DNA of 64,000 bases from Zygnema circumcarinatum SAG 698-1b (Eukaryota > Plantae > Zygnematophyceae). A program made the translations under genes and the position numbers. This document shows, one piece after another, positions 17,301 through 40,206 of the stretch; the first letter of the stretch is position 1, and each line of letters opens with the position of its first letter. The stretch spans positions 3,224,001 to 3,288,000 of the forward strand of contig CM074812.1 in NCBI GenBank assembly GCA_037447605.1, in the 5' to 3' direction. The notes under the pieces are model-generated. The model was given only the letters and a program-made list of their open reading frames with translations, had not been told where the DNA came from and searched no databases.

Positions 17301-18298
17301 TTCCGTCTCCCTCACCCTCTCCCTCTCCCTCTCCCTCCCCCTCTCCCTCTCCCTCCCCCTCTCCNNNNNNNNNNCCTCTCCCTCTCCCTCTCCCTCCCCC
17401 TCTCCCTCTCCCTCTCCCTCTCCCTCTCCCTCTCCCTCCCCCTCTCCCTCTCCCTCTCCCTCCCCCTCTACCCCTCTTTTTGCCCATCAGCCCCACTATC
17501 CCTCTCGTGCTCCAATTCGTACTTCCTTCCCTTTCGCTCCACTTTTCCTTTCTCACTCACCAACCCTCTCGCACTCTCCCACATTCTGCCCCTCAGCATC
17601 CTCTCACGCTCGCTATCTTACTCCCAATTCCCACTCCCTCTCTCTCTCCCGCTTCCCGCCTGGCCCACTTTCTCACTTATATTACTTCCTCCGCTTCCAT
17701 GCTACTCCCTCTCCCTCCCTCACGCTCCCCCCCTCCTCTCTCCCATCCCACTCCCACCAATCACACGAAACTCCCTGAATTCCTTTGGCTTCACGCATCC
17801 CACTCAAATTACAGAATTTATTTCATTTTTGGCCCCTCACTTTCCTTCGCTCCCTCCTCGAATTTCCCAGGGGACCCAACAAAATAACTTCCCCCATCCC
17901 CTACATCACTCACGCACCTCTCGCTACATCACCACCTCCTCGCTACATCACTCCCTCCCCGCTACATCACTCCTTCTCCCCCCACTCTACAGCCCTTCCC
18001 CTCCCGCGCCCCGGCGACTTTACTTCCAAATTAACCCCCCCCTCCCGCTACATTCCTCCCCCTCCCTCCCCCCCCCCCCATGGCTGCATCCCCCCCATCC
18101 CATGCATGCCGTACGGCCGTACGGACGGACCATGGCGAGCGCGTGCTGGCCCCCCATGACGAAGGCGACGAAGATGGAGATGGGGTCGTCGCGCTTGAAC
18201 AGAGGAGGGGGCTTTTTGGCGGCTCCCCAGGGGACACGTGGCGTGCAGAGGAACGTCCAGTCATAGTCGCCGATGATCAGATCCTTCATCGAACTCAT
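11636..18298 (-). CDS. NAT/NCS2 uric acid-xanthine permease (UapA-type), 13 exons recovered: 18298-18131, 17250-17175, 16150-16061, 15922-15872, 15216-15074, 14787-14682, 14546-14485, 14270-14124, 13660-13550, 13287-13157, 12584-12458, 12235-12181, 11860-11636; last exon(s) lost in gap
   Basis: [14 protein letters not shown] in TM1, [29 protein letters not shown] and the NAT signature [13 protein letters not shown] are all typical of fungal/algal UapA-like permeases. Every junction is GT-AG and in phase. Confidence 0.92.
13668..14075. repeat. Degenerate about 11-bp minisatellite (ATAAAGTCAGC-like) in NAT intron 8
   Basis: Repeated ataaagtca/taagtca/acagtcatc units. Confidence 0.75.
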
Positions 18299-19484
18299 GG
18301 CTGCCGCCTCTCCCTCTCCCTCTCTCTCTCCTCTTCCCCCTCCCTCCCCCTCTTCTCTCCCTCTCTCCCACTCTCACTCTCCCTGTATCTCTCCCACTCC
18401 TACTTCCTCTCACTCGCTCTCCCTCTCACTCGCTCTCCCGCTCTCCCACTCTCTCTCCCTCTCTCCCCCTTTCTCCCAGTTTTGGGCTTCTCCCTGCGGC
18501 CTGTCTGTCAGAGAGCAGACGACTCTCTCTCATCACTCGCTCTCGCGCTACTGTTGGGCGGCGGTCGGCAGCAGCGTCACGTCACGTCACGCTATGTCAC
18601 GTCAGGCGTCACGTCACGGCGCCGCGGCGGGCGGCGCCGCGGGTCGCCCATTTGGCGCGGATTTTTTTTTTTCGCAGTTTTCATTCTCACGTTGCAAACT
18701 CGACCCGGTCCGGTTTGAAACTGCAGCTTGTTGACGTCATCATTTGCGGCGTCGGATTCAAACTAGCTTCTGGATTGAAGTGTGCTGACGTATTTTGTAC
18801 GTCATTAAGTTTGCTGCTAGCAAACCGGCCTCTTGCCCGGTTTGCGAAATTCGGTACGCGGCGGAAAATTGGGAAAATCTTCGCAGCGATCTCGGCAGGA
18901 GGCCGCGGGGAACCGTTGGTGAATCTGGACTGTCCGATGGGCTCGATCGGATGGCAGAGATGTGCGCAGCGAGGCCCTTATTGATTGCGAGGGCGGCTAG
19001 GATCCGTATCATAGATGTACGGAATCATTTTTTTTTTGCAGATTTGGGGGAGGTGGCACCTGGCACAGGCAGCCCTGTCGTTGCTATCACGTGAGTGAAT
19101 GGGGAGCGCTGATTGGTTGCACCGACATTGTGGCGCACGTGTTCCAGCCACATGACAGATATGGGCCGAATCCGATGGTGGAGGGAATGCCACGTGGGGA
19201 AATTGTGTCAGGACCCCACGTGGACAGCGGATTTCAACTGACGGTACCATCAAAGCTTATAACCAATCAGAGCTTGTCAAGTCGGCACCTTGTCTGACGT
19301 GGAGTGCGATACCGGACGGAGAGCTCACGGTACCCTCATCCACGGACTTCCAATCCGCACCGCCACAGCAGATTTGGTCGGTGATCCTATAGATTGCAGT
19401 ACGGTAAACTCAGAACGCGACAGACGAGGCACGGCCACCAAAGCGTCAATTCGTTGACAGTACCATACGGACATACCCGCCGAC

Positions 19485-19843
19485 TAGGGATGGCCCGCGT
19501 TATAAAGTCCGACTATATTATATACTTTACAACGGGTTTAAAAGTAGTAATATAGTACGAAGTAAAACACTTTATTACATATATTATACCCACTCGTTTT
19601 GAACAATTAACGACCGTACGACCGTACTCGTACGGTCGCACCATACCAAAATTAGGTCGTTTTGGCGTTGGCGTTGCGAAATGCGTCCGTCTGGTTCACT
19701 CTGTTTTCACCGCATAATACCGTACAGTCGTACGACCGTACATGTTGTAAAGGCCTTGTAAAGTATTATATAACAGCCGTTATTTAGTCGTCACAGTTAT
19801 ATAATATAATATATATTATATAGTCGTAATTAAGCCATCCCTA
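19485..19843. mobile_element. Non-autonomous hAT-type MITE (359 bp)
   Basis: TIRs TAGGGATGGC...GCCATCCCTA and a perfect 8-bp TSD CCGCCGAC at 19477-19484 and 19844-19851. Confidence 0.92.
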
Positions 19844-20853
19844 CCGCCGACAAGATCCGGCCAAATACGACAAACTGGTCAGTTGTCAAACCGAGGGCCA
19901 ACTGGGGGTGTCAGGCAGTAGACGCACCTCTCAGCGATTGGCGCACAGCCTGACTGGAAATATCGTATATCACACAGTGTGGATATTAAATCGATCGTAC
20001 CGTCATAACGTATCGTATCGATAATTTCTAAGATATCGTATTCGAATGACAACCAGCCAGCCAACTGTACCATTTAAGTCAGTCTGTTAGTCAGTCAGCC
20101 AGTCAACCATGCGTTCCATGTTCCGTGATACTGAACGACACAGTCGCCACATGGAACCGTTCGCCACCTTAGAATCGACGCGAGAGCGGACCCTCCCATT
20201 GGCCGGCCAGCTAGTCTGCCACGTCGGATGGTCGGCACGTGCGAGGACACCACGTGGCACCACTCCCTCGGCGACCTCTGTAATTGCCTGAACCCTCAAA
20301 TCCTTGAACCCCGGTAAACCCCAACTTGCCTGGACAGGCTAAAACCCTAAAAGTTTTCTTCAAAAATAAATAAATAAATGAAAGCAAAATCTTGCTCACC
20401 TTAAACACGAGTTTTCGAGAACCCTATATTTTTTTTGAACCCTAGAATTCAAAACCCAACTCGTGTATTTCCTGGAATTTAAAAAAAAAATTATGGTTTT
20501 CTAAAACCCCCAAGGGCTGGAAAATCTGAACCCTAACTGCAGAGGGAGCTTAAGACCAGCTTACAATTTTTTTTTTAGGCTAGGGGAGGAAATTCAAAAA
20601 CTGCCCTCATCCTCCCTCCCCTCCCTCCCCTCCCTCCCCTCCCTCCCCTCGCTCCCCTCGCTCCCCTCCCTCCACTCCCTCCCNNNNNNNNNNCCCTCCC
20701 TCCACTCCCTCCCTCCCTCCCTCCCTCCCTCCCTCCCTCCCTCCCTCCCTCCTTACTTTTAATTGAAACAAATTGTTGTGTGCTTTTGAAGGCCAATCCT
20801 GCAATTAGATATCGGGATTGGGCTTATAATGACGTCAACATAACAACAAGAAA

Positions 20854-23688
20854 ATGACATATTTTCGTCAAACAAGCGGAGCGAGCAAAGCGGCAATCTC
20901 GTATGTGAGAAAGAGGTGGCTTTGCGGGTATGCTCTCTCTCTCTCTCTCCCCCCCTTCTCCCTCTCTCCCTCTCTCTCGCTCTCCCTCTGGGTGTGTGTA
21001 TCTGATCTCTCACCCTCTCTCCCCCGATTTTTCCAGCCCTCCATCATTGTCTGTTGCTCTTTCCCTCCCTCTCATACCTATCATCACCTTCTCTTTTCCT
21101 CTCACTCTCTTCATTCCTTTGCCACTCTCTCTCGTTCCCCCCCTCCTCTTTACCCCTCCCGTCTTCTCCTCCCTTACCCACCTCCCTCCCTCTCGCCCTT
21201 CTGCCCTCTCTCCTCCCCTTCCTCCCCCTTCTCTCTCCCCTTTTGCCCTCTCCCTCCCTCCCACTCTCTCTCTTCCCCCATAACCCCTTAGACTGCCTCC
21301 CTCTCATATCTCCTCCCTTCAATTGATGCCATTCAATGTTTTACATTTCCAGGCCGACATCTCAAAACTTCAAATCTGACCATTCAAGTGTATGGCCTTC
21401 CCAAGACAAACTCTTCTTTCATCCTGTCACGTCACGTCACGTCGCGCCTTCTGCCGATCGTAACGCTCCACGGAACTGGACTCCGTTCCCGCCACATGGA
21501 ACCTGCTCGCCCGCCGCCTCCCATCCTTCAAACACAGCGATGCCCATGTCCCCCCATGTGCCATGTGGCCATGTGCATGGCCATGCGTACGGGCATGGCA
21601 TGGGGGGGCATGCCATGCATGCATGCATGTGCATGCCCCGCCGGCCGTTCGGTGCGGACCCGACTTCGATTTCGGAGGGCCCTGTGGCTATCGACTACAG
21701 GTTAGATAGGCCTAAAAACCCTAAAAACCCTAAAAACCCTAAATACCCTAAATACCCTAAAAACCCTAAAAACCCTAAATACCCTAAATACCCTAAAAAC
21801 CCTAAAAACCCTAAATACCCTAAAAACCCTAAAAACCCTAAACTCTCCAAAACTCTCCAAAGCTCTCCTAAACTCTCCTTTCTTCCCCCCCTCTCTCTTC
21901 TCTTTACTCTCTTGTCTCCCTTTTCTCTCTGTCTTTCTCTTTCTCTCTCTCTCCCCTCTCTCTCTCTCGCACATACACAAACACACACATGTATACCCAC
22001 TTCTTCATTTTCTCACCCTCTACCCTGCTCGTCTACTCTCTCTTTCTGTCTCTCTCTCTCTCTCTCTCCCCCCTTTCACTCTTCTCTTTACTCTCTTGTC
22101 TCCCTTTTCTCTCTCTCTCCCCTCTCTCTCTCGCACATACACAAATACACACACATGTATGCTCTCTTCAGTGACTTCATTTTCCCACTTCTCGTTGGGC
22201 TAATCGATATCCTTTTTCCTTTTCTCTTTGATAGCGCGGCATGCAGAAAGGAGATGCCCCTGATTTCACTAATCTATCCTTGTCATCAGAAAAGTCTGAA
22301 AACCTTCAAAGCAAAAACCCAAAGAAACAAAAGAAAGCAAACCGAATACAATTGTGAATTTCGCAGGTCCCTTTTGTCGGAAGCAGATTTTCATGATTTG
22401 GCGGACACCACTCTGCTTCATCTTTTGGAAGCAATCGATGTGAGAAATTTCCGTTATACAGTTCGATTAATGTACACACATAGAACGGGGTCTCGGATTC
22501 TTGTGTGAGAATCTTAGTCGATCTTAGTCAATTTAGTCAATTCACTGTAAAATTTGCGGCGGCTGCGCTGAAACGTGCTGTTCAATGTCGGCCCAATAGT
22601 GTATATATTTAATCTTGAATACAGTTCTATGATTGTTAATAATCTATTCTATTCTTGTACACGGGAAATTGGTTTTCAGATAATCGGAGAGCGATTGGAA
22701 GTGGATGGATTCGATTGCGACTATTCGGTATGAAGAAGATGGAACGTTTTGATAATGGATTTTTTTTTTTTTTTTTTTAACAAGTAGAATGTAAAGATAT
22801 CCAACTAGAGTGAATAGAATTAAATTTCCCATTTTCAGATTAACATCAATGTGTCCTAAAAAAGGCCCTAACTGACCGATCGACCGACCGGTTGACCGAC
22901 TTTGCTGTTGATTTCGAACTCTTTTTCTTCATTTGAGCAAAAAACGTTTCCTTTCTCCCCTTCCTCCCACTCTTTCATTCATTTTTTTTTTTTGGGGTGT
23001 CCGGGCAGCAAGGAGTGCTGACTATTAAACTTGGGAGTCTGGGAACGTACGTCTTAAACAAGCAGACTCCAAATCGGCAAATTTGGATGTCTTCACCAAT
23101 CAGGTGACCGGGCTGAATCTTTCAACTCGAGACTTGCTTCCTCCATGACCCTCTCTCTCTTTCTCCTCCCTCCCTCTCGCTATCGTTCTCTCCCTCCTCT
23201 GCCCTTCCATCAGTCCCCCTCCCCTAGGAACCCCTTGAAAACCTCTTAAAAACCCTTTGAAAACTACCAAAAAACCTCTAGAAACCTTCCAGAAAACCCC
23301 TTGAAAACCCCCGGAACACCTCTTAAAAACCCCCAAAAAACCCTCCAGAACCTCCCCTCCCCCTCCCCCTCCCCCTCCCCCTCCCCTTCCCCCTCCCCCT
23401 CCCCTCCCCCTCCCCCTCCCCTTCCCCTCCCCCTCCCCCTCCCCCTCCCCCTCCCCCTCCCCTCCCCCTCCCCCTCCCCCTCCCCCTCCCCCTCCCCTCC
23501 CCCTCCCCCTCCCCCTCCCCCTCCCCCTCCCCCTAACTCCCTCCCTCCCTCCCTGCAGCGGCCCCTCCCGTTTCGATTGGCTGCCTGAGCGCAGGTTGTG
23601 GGTGTACCGCCGCCATCAGTCGGAGCTGCTCTCCCTCCTCTCTGCGGAGCTCGCCTCGCTGCTCGGGACCCCCGTTGACCTGCGTTGA
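20854..23688 (+). CDS. FH: Frataxin, 6 exons (20854-20927, 21353-21700, 22367-22439, 22680-22727, 23009-23103, 23559-23688)
   Basis: [30 protein letters not shown]|[32 protein letters not shown]|GPSRFDW matches plant frataxin. The N-terminal transit-peptide exons are inferred from phase only (less certain). Confidence 0.93.
21710..21842 (+). repeat. 9-bp telomere-like repeat (CCCTAAAAA/CCCTAAATA) at the start of frataxin intron 2
   Basis: About 14 tandem 9-mers. Confidence 0.85.
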
Positions 23689-24502
23689 CCTTTCAAATTT
23701 CATTTGGCAACCGGATATTTTTTAACCACAAATTGGATGTGTTTGTGTTTGTGTTATGTTTGTGTTGTGTGTTTCCCCCCAGAGGGGAACGAAGTTTTTC
23801 CGGCTCTCTCGTTTCCGATTTCAAATAAAAACACTACACCTAAACCTGCAGGGGGGGGGTCTCCTAGCAAGATTAAAAAAAATTGGTTGAGGGTTAATAT
23901 GACTTAATCAAGATTTTGCCGCCATTAGTTGGAAATCTCTTGCCAAAGATTCTACTTCGCTGACAACTGTTTCAAAGCAACGGTTGAATCTTCAAAACAA
24001 AAGCCATTGCGAGCTTGAGCTGCAGTTCACACTTTAAAAGTAAATTTAAGTGACGAGGAAAATATTACAGGTGAGATCGAAATGCAGTAGGGTTGCAATG
24101 GAAGTCAAAAACAGAAATAAAGAGGCGATATATATTTTGGAATCTATTAGCTATTATCTTCTTTTACCTAGTATCTATTATTATCCATTATCCAATAGCT
24201 TCCCATCATATTTTAGCCAAAGAGATAAACATTTAGTATCTGATCGGATACTAACGGAACAGTCCGACCTTCCTCGAATTTCACATAAAAACTGTACAGC
24301 TGACATGATGACTCAACTACAAAGTGAGAAACTAGTTTTCTCAAACCAGGTTTTTGCGAGAAAACCTAAGTCGTCAGGCCATTTTGAAAAAACGAGAGAA
24401 CCTAAACTTTCCAATGCAGTGTTATTGATGTATGTATCGAGAAGTTGAATAATAAGTTTTCAAAGGAAAACTCAGGTTTTTCGGCGTTTCCTCGATCTAC
24501 TA

Positions 24503-33540
<9,038 letters not shown>

Positions 33541-35153
33541 CTGAATCAAAAAAATAAAAAGACACAATTATGGCCCTTATTATGAAAGGGAGGGGCCCAC
33601 GACAGCGCACGAGGGAGCAATTTGATAGAGAAGAAAACAATTGGCTTAATAAATAAATAATGAAAACGGACGTGTACGGAGTAACTCTATTTGTAAATAT
33701 GCACTCAGAAAGTTACACAAGTAGATAAACTTTATGAGGCACATTTCAGAAAAATGCACTCCTCCCTCCCTCCCTCCCTCCCTCTCTCCCCCACTTGCTC
33801 TCTTCCATCCTCCCCTCCCTTCCCTCCCCACCCCCTTCACCTCCCGCTCTCTTCCCTCCTTCTCTCTCTCCATCCCCTTTCCCTCTCCCTACCGCTCTCT
33901 CCTTCCCTCCCTCCCTCCCTACCTCCTCCGTCCCTCCCCTCCCTCCCTCCCCTCCCTCCCTCCTGCAAACAATGAACATTTGGACTGCCCCAAATCTCCT
34001 CCTGTTCTTCTCCTTCTTCCTCTCCTCCTCACTCTGTTTCAATTTCTGCTTCTTTCCCTTCTTATTCTGCTTCCCTGATCGACAGAGACAGACAGAGAGG
34101 CGAGAGAAGCAGCGCCCACATCCTCATCACATCCCTTCCTTCCTCCAAATTACATTCCATCACTCACATCTCCGCGCGCCCAAGGCCACCAGCTGCCTCT
34201 CCTCCGCCTCTCACCCGCCGCCTCTCCCTCTCTCCCTCTCTCCCTCTCTCCCTCGCTCCCTCTCTCTCTCTCTCTCTCTCCTCTCTCTCCTCTCGCACTC
34301 TCGCTCGCTCTCTCCTCTCGCTCTCCCCCTCGTCAGAGAGAGCGGCTTCGCGATACGATACGATACAAAATGACGAAATACGATACGACACAAAATGACG
34401 AAATACGATACGACAAGCATTTGTCTCGATACGACACGCAGTTTCATGCATGGATCACGCAGTCCAGTTACCAGCATCGTCGTTGAACGGCAAGTTTTAA
34501 GATTTTTGAACATCTCAATCCAATTTTATGAATTTGAACAAATTCATTTTGGAATTCTTTCCAGCTGAACAGTTCAACTATTTCACGTGTTCAATAGGTA
34601 TCCACCAGTTGTTCAACTCTGGATCAAGAGTATGGTTTTGGAAGGTCGTCACTTGTGGGTTCAACGCGGGTCAACAGCGAACAGCGCACTAACTTAGTTG
34701 GTAACTGAACTGCGCACATAGAGCGAGGGCGACCCTCCGTTCAAGCGCTTGGCAATAGAAAACGCGTTTGCATTTGCAATTACATTCTGCATTTCATTTT
34801 GCATTTTTTAGCCCAAGAAGCCCTGAACCCTCAAAATATGTAGAATTTCTCAAAACCCTGACAACCCAAAGCAGGAGAAGAGGGAAAGGGAGGGGTGAGA
34901 GAGGGGGAGAGGAGAGGGACAGTGGAGAGAGAGAAGGGGGATAGTGGGAGAAGGTCGAGGGAGAGAGGAGGGGGAGAAAGGAGGGAGGGAGAGAGAGGGC
35001 GAGAGAACGAGACGGAGGGAGAGAGAGAGCGAGAGAGTGAGAGGGAAAAGGAAAGGGATGAGAAAGGGGGAGAGGAAAGGGACAGTGGAGAGAGAGAAGG
35101 GGGATAGTGGGAGAGGGGGGGGGAAAGGGAGGGAGGGAGAGAGAGGGAGAGAA

Positions 35154-35188
<35 letters not shown>

Positions 35189-35303
35189 CCTTGACGATAA
35201 AGAACACCTGCTGCGGTTTTCGAATCCTAATTTACAAGATCGAACAGCGCCTACAGCTCTGATAGCAGCTCGTGCCACATTCAAAACTTGACTCTGCCTT
35301 TGT

Positions 35304-36954
35304 CTAAAACCGCGGGTTGCTCGGGACAGATGTCATCCCCGCATTGGCTGCGCTCCGCCTCTTGCGTTGGTACACAATCCTCCCACAGAGGCCCAAAATG
35401 ACCAGCATGATGCCCTGGGGTGAACCACAACACAACCGCAAAAGACAAAAAGAGAAATTAAGGACATCAACTCCTACAGTGTCGGACGCAAGAATGAATG
35501 TTCTTAAGATTTTTAGGGTTTTTAGGGTTTTTAGGGTTAGAACGTGGGCATGCATGAAATGTTGTTCAACGACAGAAGCATGTGAGCACACCGATGTGTT
35601 GTGCCCCTAACCCTAGAAAAGCCCCCAGATAGGCTGGTTGGACTTGAACTGTTACGGTAGCACAGAACCGTTACTTACCTCAAAATTGAGCACACTGAGA
35701 GTGTCTTCCCCCTCCGGATTGCAGCTCCGAAAACTTTCCGACACACTTTCAGCATCAGCACTCGCCAGCAGAAGCCTCCAACCTGGCCCCTCCCTCCCTC
35801 CCTCTCCCTCTCCCACACCTCTCTCTCTCCCTCCCTGCAGCAGCGGAACTCTTAAGACCTTTCGTCTGTTGCGCGAGCCCTCCTCGTCGTCACCTTCCGG
35901 CGGATTGCGAGTGGTTTTCTGCGCAAACCTCCGAACGCAGCGAATGGCCTCGCGGTAGCCGGTGGGCTTGCAGGAGGGCTCCTCCTCCTGCAAACAAAAA
36001 AAAAAAAAAAAAGTGGCAATTCAAAAAATGGGCAAACCAGCAAGGTATAATAGGAGGGGATGCAAGGATTTTTAGGGCAAAAGTTTGGAAGGAATGCACA
36101 GGACTGAAGACCTTTAGGCTCTCCAGAGAATATTCAGTTTTTATGTCTTCCGGGGTTTGGAATGATCATAGTTTTTGCATTTGAAGGGGGTCAAATTCTT
36201 GCAAGGTTAGAACCCTAAAACATTCAGAGACGGAGGCGAGGGGGCACCATCTGCTGGGCGGTGCAGGGCAGGCAGGCGGAGGTGACGTTGCACGCCATCG
36301 TGCTGGCGTCAGCGGCCGCGTCTTTGGCGCTGCTGCCATCGCTCTCCGCCCTGCGGGAGGGAGGGGCCTCCGTGATGAGGGGAGAGAGGGAGAGAGGGAG
36401 AGGGGGAGGTGGAAGGGGGGGAGGGGGAGGGGGGGGAGGGGGAGGGAGGAGAGGGAAGAGAGGGAGGGAGGGAGAGAGAGGGAGGGAGGGAGAGGGAGGG
36501 AGGGAGGAGGGAGGAGGGAGGGAGGGAGGGAGTGGGAAGGGAGGTGAGGGGGGGAAGGGAGGGAGGGAGGAGGGAGGGAGGGAGAGGAGGGAGGGAGGAG
36601 GAGGGAGAGAGGGAGGGAGGGAGGGAGAGGGAGGGAGGAAGAGGGAGGGAGGAGGGAAATAGGAGGGAGAGATGGGGGGGAGAGACGGCGGAGGAGGGAG
36701 GGTGGGAAGGATGGAAGAGGGAGGGGGGAAGGGGATGGAGGTAGGGAGGGGGAAAGGGAGGGAGGGAGGGAGGGAGGGAGGGAGGGAGGGAGGGAGGGAG
36801 GGAGGGAGGGAGGGACGCTTAGCAGCAAGAGATGCGAAGGAAGAGGGCGAGGGGAAGAGCAAGCGAAGTACCTGGAGGCATCTCCGAGGGAAGCCATGGC
36901 GGCGAAGTGCAGCGCGAGGAGCAGCAGCGCGCCATGGCGGACTATCGCGGCCAT
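35304..36954 (-). CDS. JTB-like single-pass membrane protein, 4 exons (36954-36872, 36350-36248, 35987-35679, 35414-35304)
   Basis: Signal peptide MAAIVRHGALLLLALHFAAMASLG; Cys pattern CNVTSACLPC..SCKPTGYREAIRC..SFRSC; then LSVLNFEGIMLVILGLCG (TM) and a basic stop-transfer VYQRKRR. This resembles the JTB family as recalled. Junctions are in phase. Confidence 0.7.
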
Positions 36955-38752
36955 GGCTACCTCCCGCCACTCTCACTTTCCCTCTCCCTCTCCGCCCTAC
37001 TGTAACCCTAAATCTGCCCCTGCCGGCGTGTACGGTCCGTGCAGGCCTTATTACATTAGAGGGCCGGCGGCGCTGGAGGGACCAGAACTAAAGTATTTTA
37101 GGAAAATGATAATAAAGGTGGAAAAAAAAAAATAGCAAATTATAGCTTCACAGCAAGGAAAAAGAAAATCATCAAAATCATAATTTTCATTGTATTGTTC
37201 AAATCATCTGGTTCACTTATCAAAACCGGTACAGCCCAAAAATGACCGTACGGACCCTGCTACAACACGCCAAATTTTGAGTGGCAATTTCCCTTCCAGT
37301 CACGGCACGTCACGTCACACGTGTACATCGTCGTCCAAAGCGCCAAACTCGGCAAAATCTCGACTTCCTTGAAAGTCCCGCTTTTGTCACGTAGCGCCAG
37401 GTCGATCAAGTCTACCACCGACCAATCGGGCCCGCGTTTAGCCCGACCACTACGTGACAAGACAATTCGCACTTGCAATTATGGTCGGTGGTGAGATGCT
37501 GTCCACGTGCCGGCGCTTAGTGGAAAATACCTACGCTAAACTGTAACGGGCACTGGAACTGGACCCCATGGAACGGCGTAGATGACGAGCCCAATGGAGG
37601 TCTGCCTCGCCAGGCCATGGCTTCCGGCGCTGCTGCTCTCCCTCCTGGGGACCGCCATGGCACAGCCGCCTTCTCAAGGTACTCCCTCGCCTCCTTCTTT
37701 CTGCCCCTTCTCTCCATCGTCCTCTCCCCCCTCCCTCTCTTCCCCCACTCCCTCGCTCTCCACTCCTGTCTCCCTCGTTCTCCCGCATCTCTCTCCCCCT
37801 CCCCCCATCGCTCCCTCGCTCTCCCCCCTCTTTCTCACATCCCTCTCCGTCCCCCTGTCTCTTTGTTCTCCTCCTCTCTCCGTCACCCTCTGCTCTCTCT
37901 CTCTCCCCCAATCTCTGTCCCGGCCCTTCCTCTCGCGCTCTCTCCCCCCCTACTCTCCTCGAGCCTCGTTGGCTTCCCCTCTGACCCCTCTCCCTCCTTC
38001 TGCATGTCTCGCTTCCAATATCGCGCCCTCTCCATCCTCCCCTCTCTCTCCCTCTCCCTCCCCACTCTCTTCCTTTCCCTCCCCTCTCTCTCCCTCTCCC
38101 TCCCATCTCTCTCCCACTTTCTCCCCTCTCTCGCCCTGTCCCTCCCCTCTCTCTCCCTCTCCCTCCCCTCTCTCTCTCTCTCCCTCCCCACTCTCTCCCT
38201 TTCCCTCCCCTCTCTCTCCCTCGCCCTCCCCTCTCTCTCCCTCTCCCTCCCCTCTCTCTCTCTCCCTCTCCCTCCCCTCTCTCTCCATCTCTCTCCCCTC
38301 TCTCTCCCTCTCCCTCCCCCCTCTCTCCCTCTCCCTCCCCCCTCGCTCTCCTCTCCCTCCCCTCCCTCTCCCTCTCCCTCCCTTTCCTTCCCCTTTTGGG
38401 CTTGCGCTCCTTCACACGCATTTTACGAGTAATTTAATGTACAACTGGAGCCTTTGTCTCTTTCACTATCATCCATCTCATCTTTGTGGGCCTTCCCTTT
38501 TCTAGACATTTTCAACAATCTCAAGCATCCAAGGAGTAGAACATATATCCGCAAAAGCTTTATTCCAAAACTTAACAAGAGCTCAGCATCCTATGCTTTC
38601 CTTAAAGCTCAAGTTAACAAAGACACACAAAACACGAGTCTTATATCTGTCCTTCCTAAAACCTCGCCGCCAAAATGCATAACATGATGAACAACACGAA
38701 CCATACGATCAAAGGTCTTGGGATTCACACTACTTCCTAAGCACTCAACACG

Positions 38753-39322
38753 TGTTACTCGGCTCGTACAATTCCATACACTATATCCGAACAAATGTTC
38801 CGTACGACTCTATGTACAATTGTACGGATCTCAACAATCCCCCTCTGATCCGTGCAATCACTACATCATTCCTATCAACTGAACACATGTGCGAAGAATC
38901 GCTCCAGATACTCCTTTTGTCATCATATCTGCCGCCTCTTCCGTCGTCCGTACGAATTCCACTCTGATCTTCTTCTTCTTGACGTGCTCCCTTATAAAGT
39001 GATAATAGAGATCAATGTGTTTTGACCTCTTGTGGTTGACGGGATTCTCTGTGAGTGCAATCGCTGATTTGTTGTCGATCAAAATCAAAATTGGATCTTG
39101 TGCATATCCACACTCCTGAAAAAATATCTTAAGCCATATTGCCTCCTTCGCCGCGTGACAAGCTGCCATGTACTCTGACTCAGTACTGGACAGCGCAACT
39201 GTCTCCTGTAACTTCGAATTCCATGTGATGCATCGTCCTCCACACATAAACACATATCCTGACGTGGACCTACCAGTATCAGCGTCTCCTCCCCAATCAA
39301 CGTCTGAATATCCGTACACCTG
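38753..39322 (-). mobile_element. Ty1/Copia 3' fragment (RNase H + PPT + start of 3' LTR) in intron 1 of the PLAT-like gene
   Basis: ORF 39319-38861 has GYSDVDWGGD..RSTSGYVF, VALSSTESEY, IDNKSAIAL.ENPVNHKRSKHIDLYYHFIRE and ADMMTK, followed by the purine tract AGAGGGGG and TGTTGAG at 38836. The distal LTR end is uncertain. Confidence 0.9.
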
Positions 39323-40206
39323 AATTGTTTGAAGCTGCCTTACTCATTATGGTTGTGATAGCAGTGGCATCTCTCTTTTTTCTCTCCCTCCCTCTCTCGT
39401 CCTCTCTCCTCCACCCCCCCCAAACGTTTCACTTCCACTTTTTGTTAATAGTAACGGGATTTGAAGGTGGGTTCAATGTGCATGTGTTGGTGGCGGAGTC
39501 GGATACACATGCAGGTGACAAGAAGAATGTTTACATTCAAATATTTGGAGGCAATGGGACTCGAACTTCGGGACCTTGCCGTCACTCGCATTAAGTTTGA
39601 CCTTTACAATTTAACTTCACTAGAAAACTTTGGACCGGTCTCTCTTTTCAATTTTACGGATTCTCCAATTCCATCGACCATTCGTGAGCCAAATTTATGT
39701 ACGGCTGCACTTCATAGCTCTGCTTGGATCATCGTTAAGTTTGTTCCGAAATTAACTCACTCTACTTTTGATTCTATATCCAAATTTCACTTCGCATGTC
39801 CTTCTAATTTTTATTTTTGGTACAGGAATTCCATCACCTCCAAGTGGCACTGATGCAGTGAGTTACATGTGGCATTTAGCTCCTCCCATGTGCGCCTAAG
39901 CCTTGTTTTGGACTTCGATAATGAAAGATAATATATAATAATCTTATGAAATACGTTTCAGTATTCCGTACTTGTGTTGTGACCGATTGCCACCTTGGCT
40001 TAAACCAAAATCTGCCACCACCAACTCAACTCCTTCAACTCTTGCGTCTAGGCGTGTGCCCTTATTTCTGAAATGTGGAGTCTAACAGCGCTACGCGCAC
40101 CTCCCTGCAGGTCTGGCGTCGTGGGCAGTGGCCGTCATCGTGGTGGCGATACTGCTCACCATTGTGGGGCTATCCATCTCTTTTGGCTACTATCTGCCTA
40201 GCCAGC

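Noticed and set aside
34850-35284. ORF MNVARAAIRAVGAVRS... resembling a transit peptide
   Set aside because: It starts immediately after the JTB-like stop codon (probable 3' UTR) and runs into microsatellite; no link to the dioxygenase could be supported.
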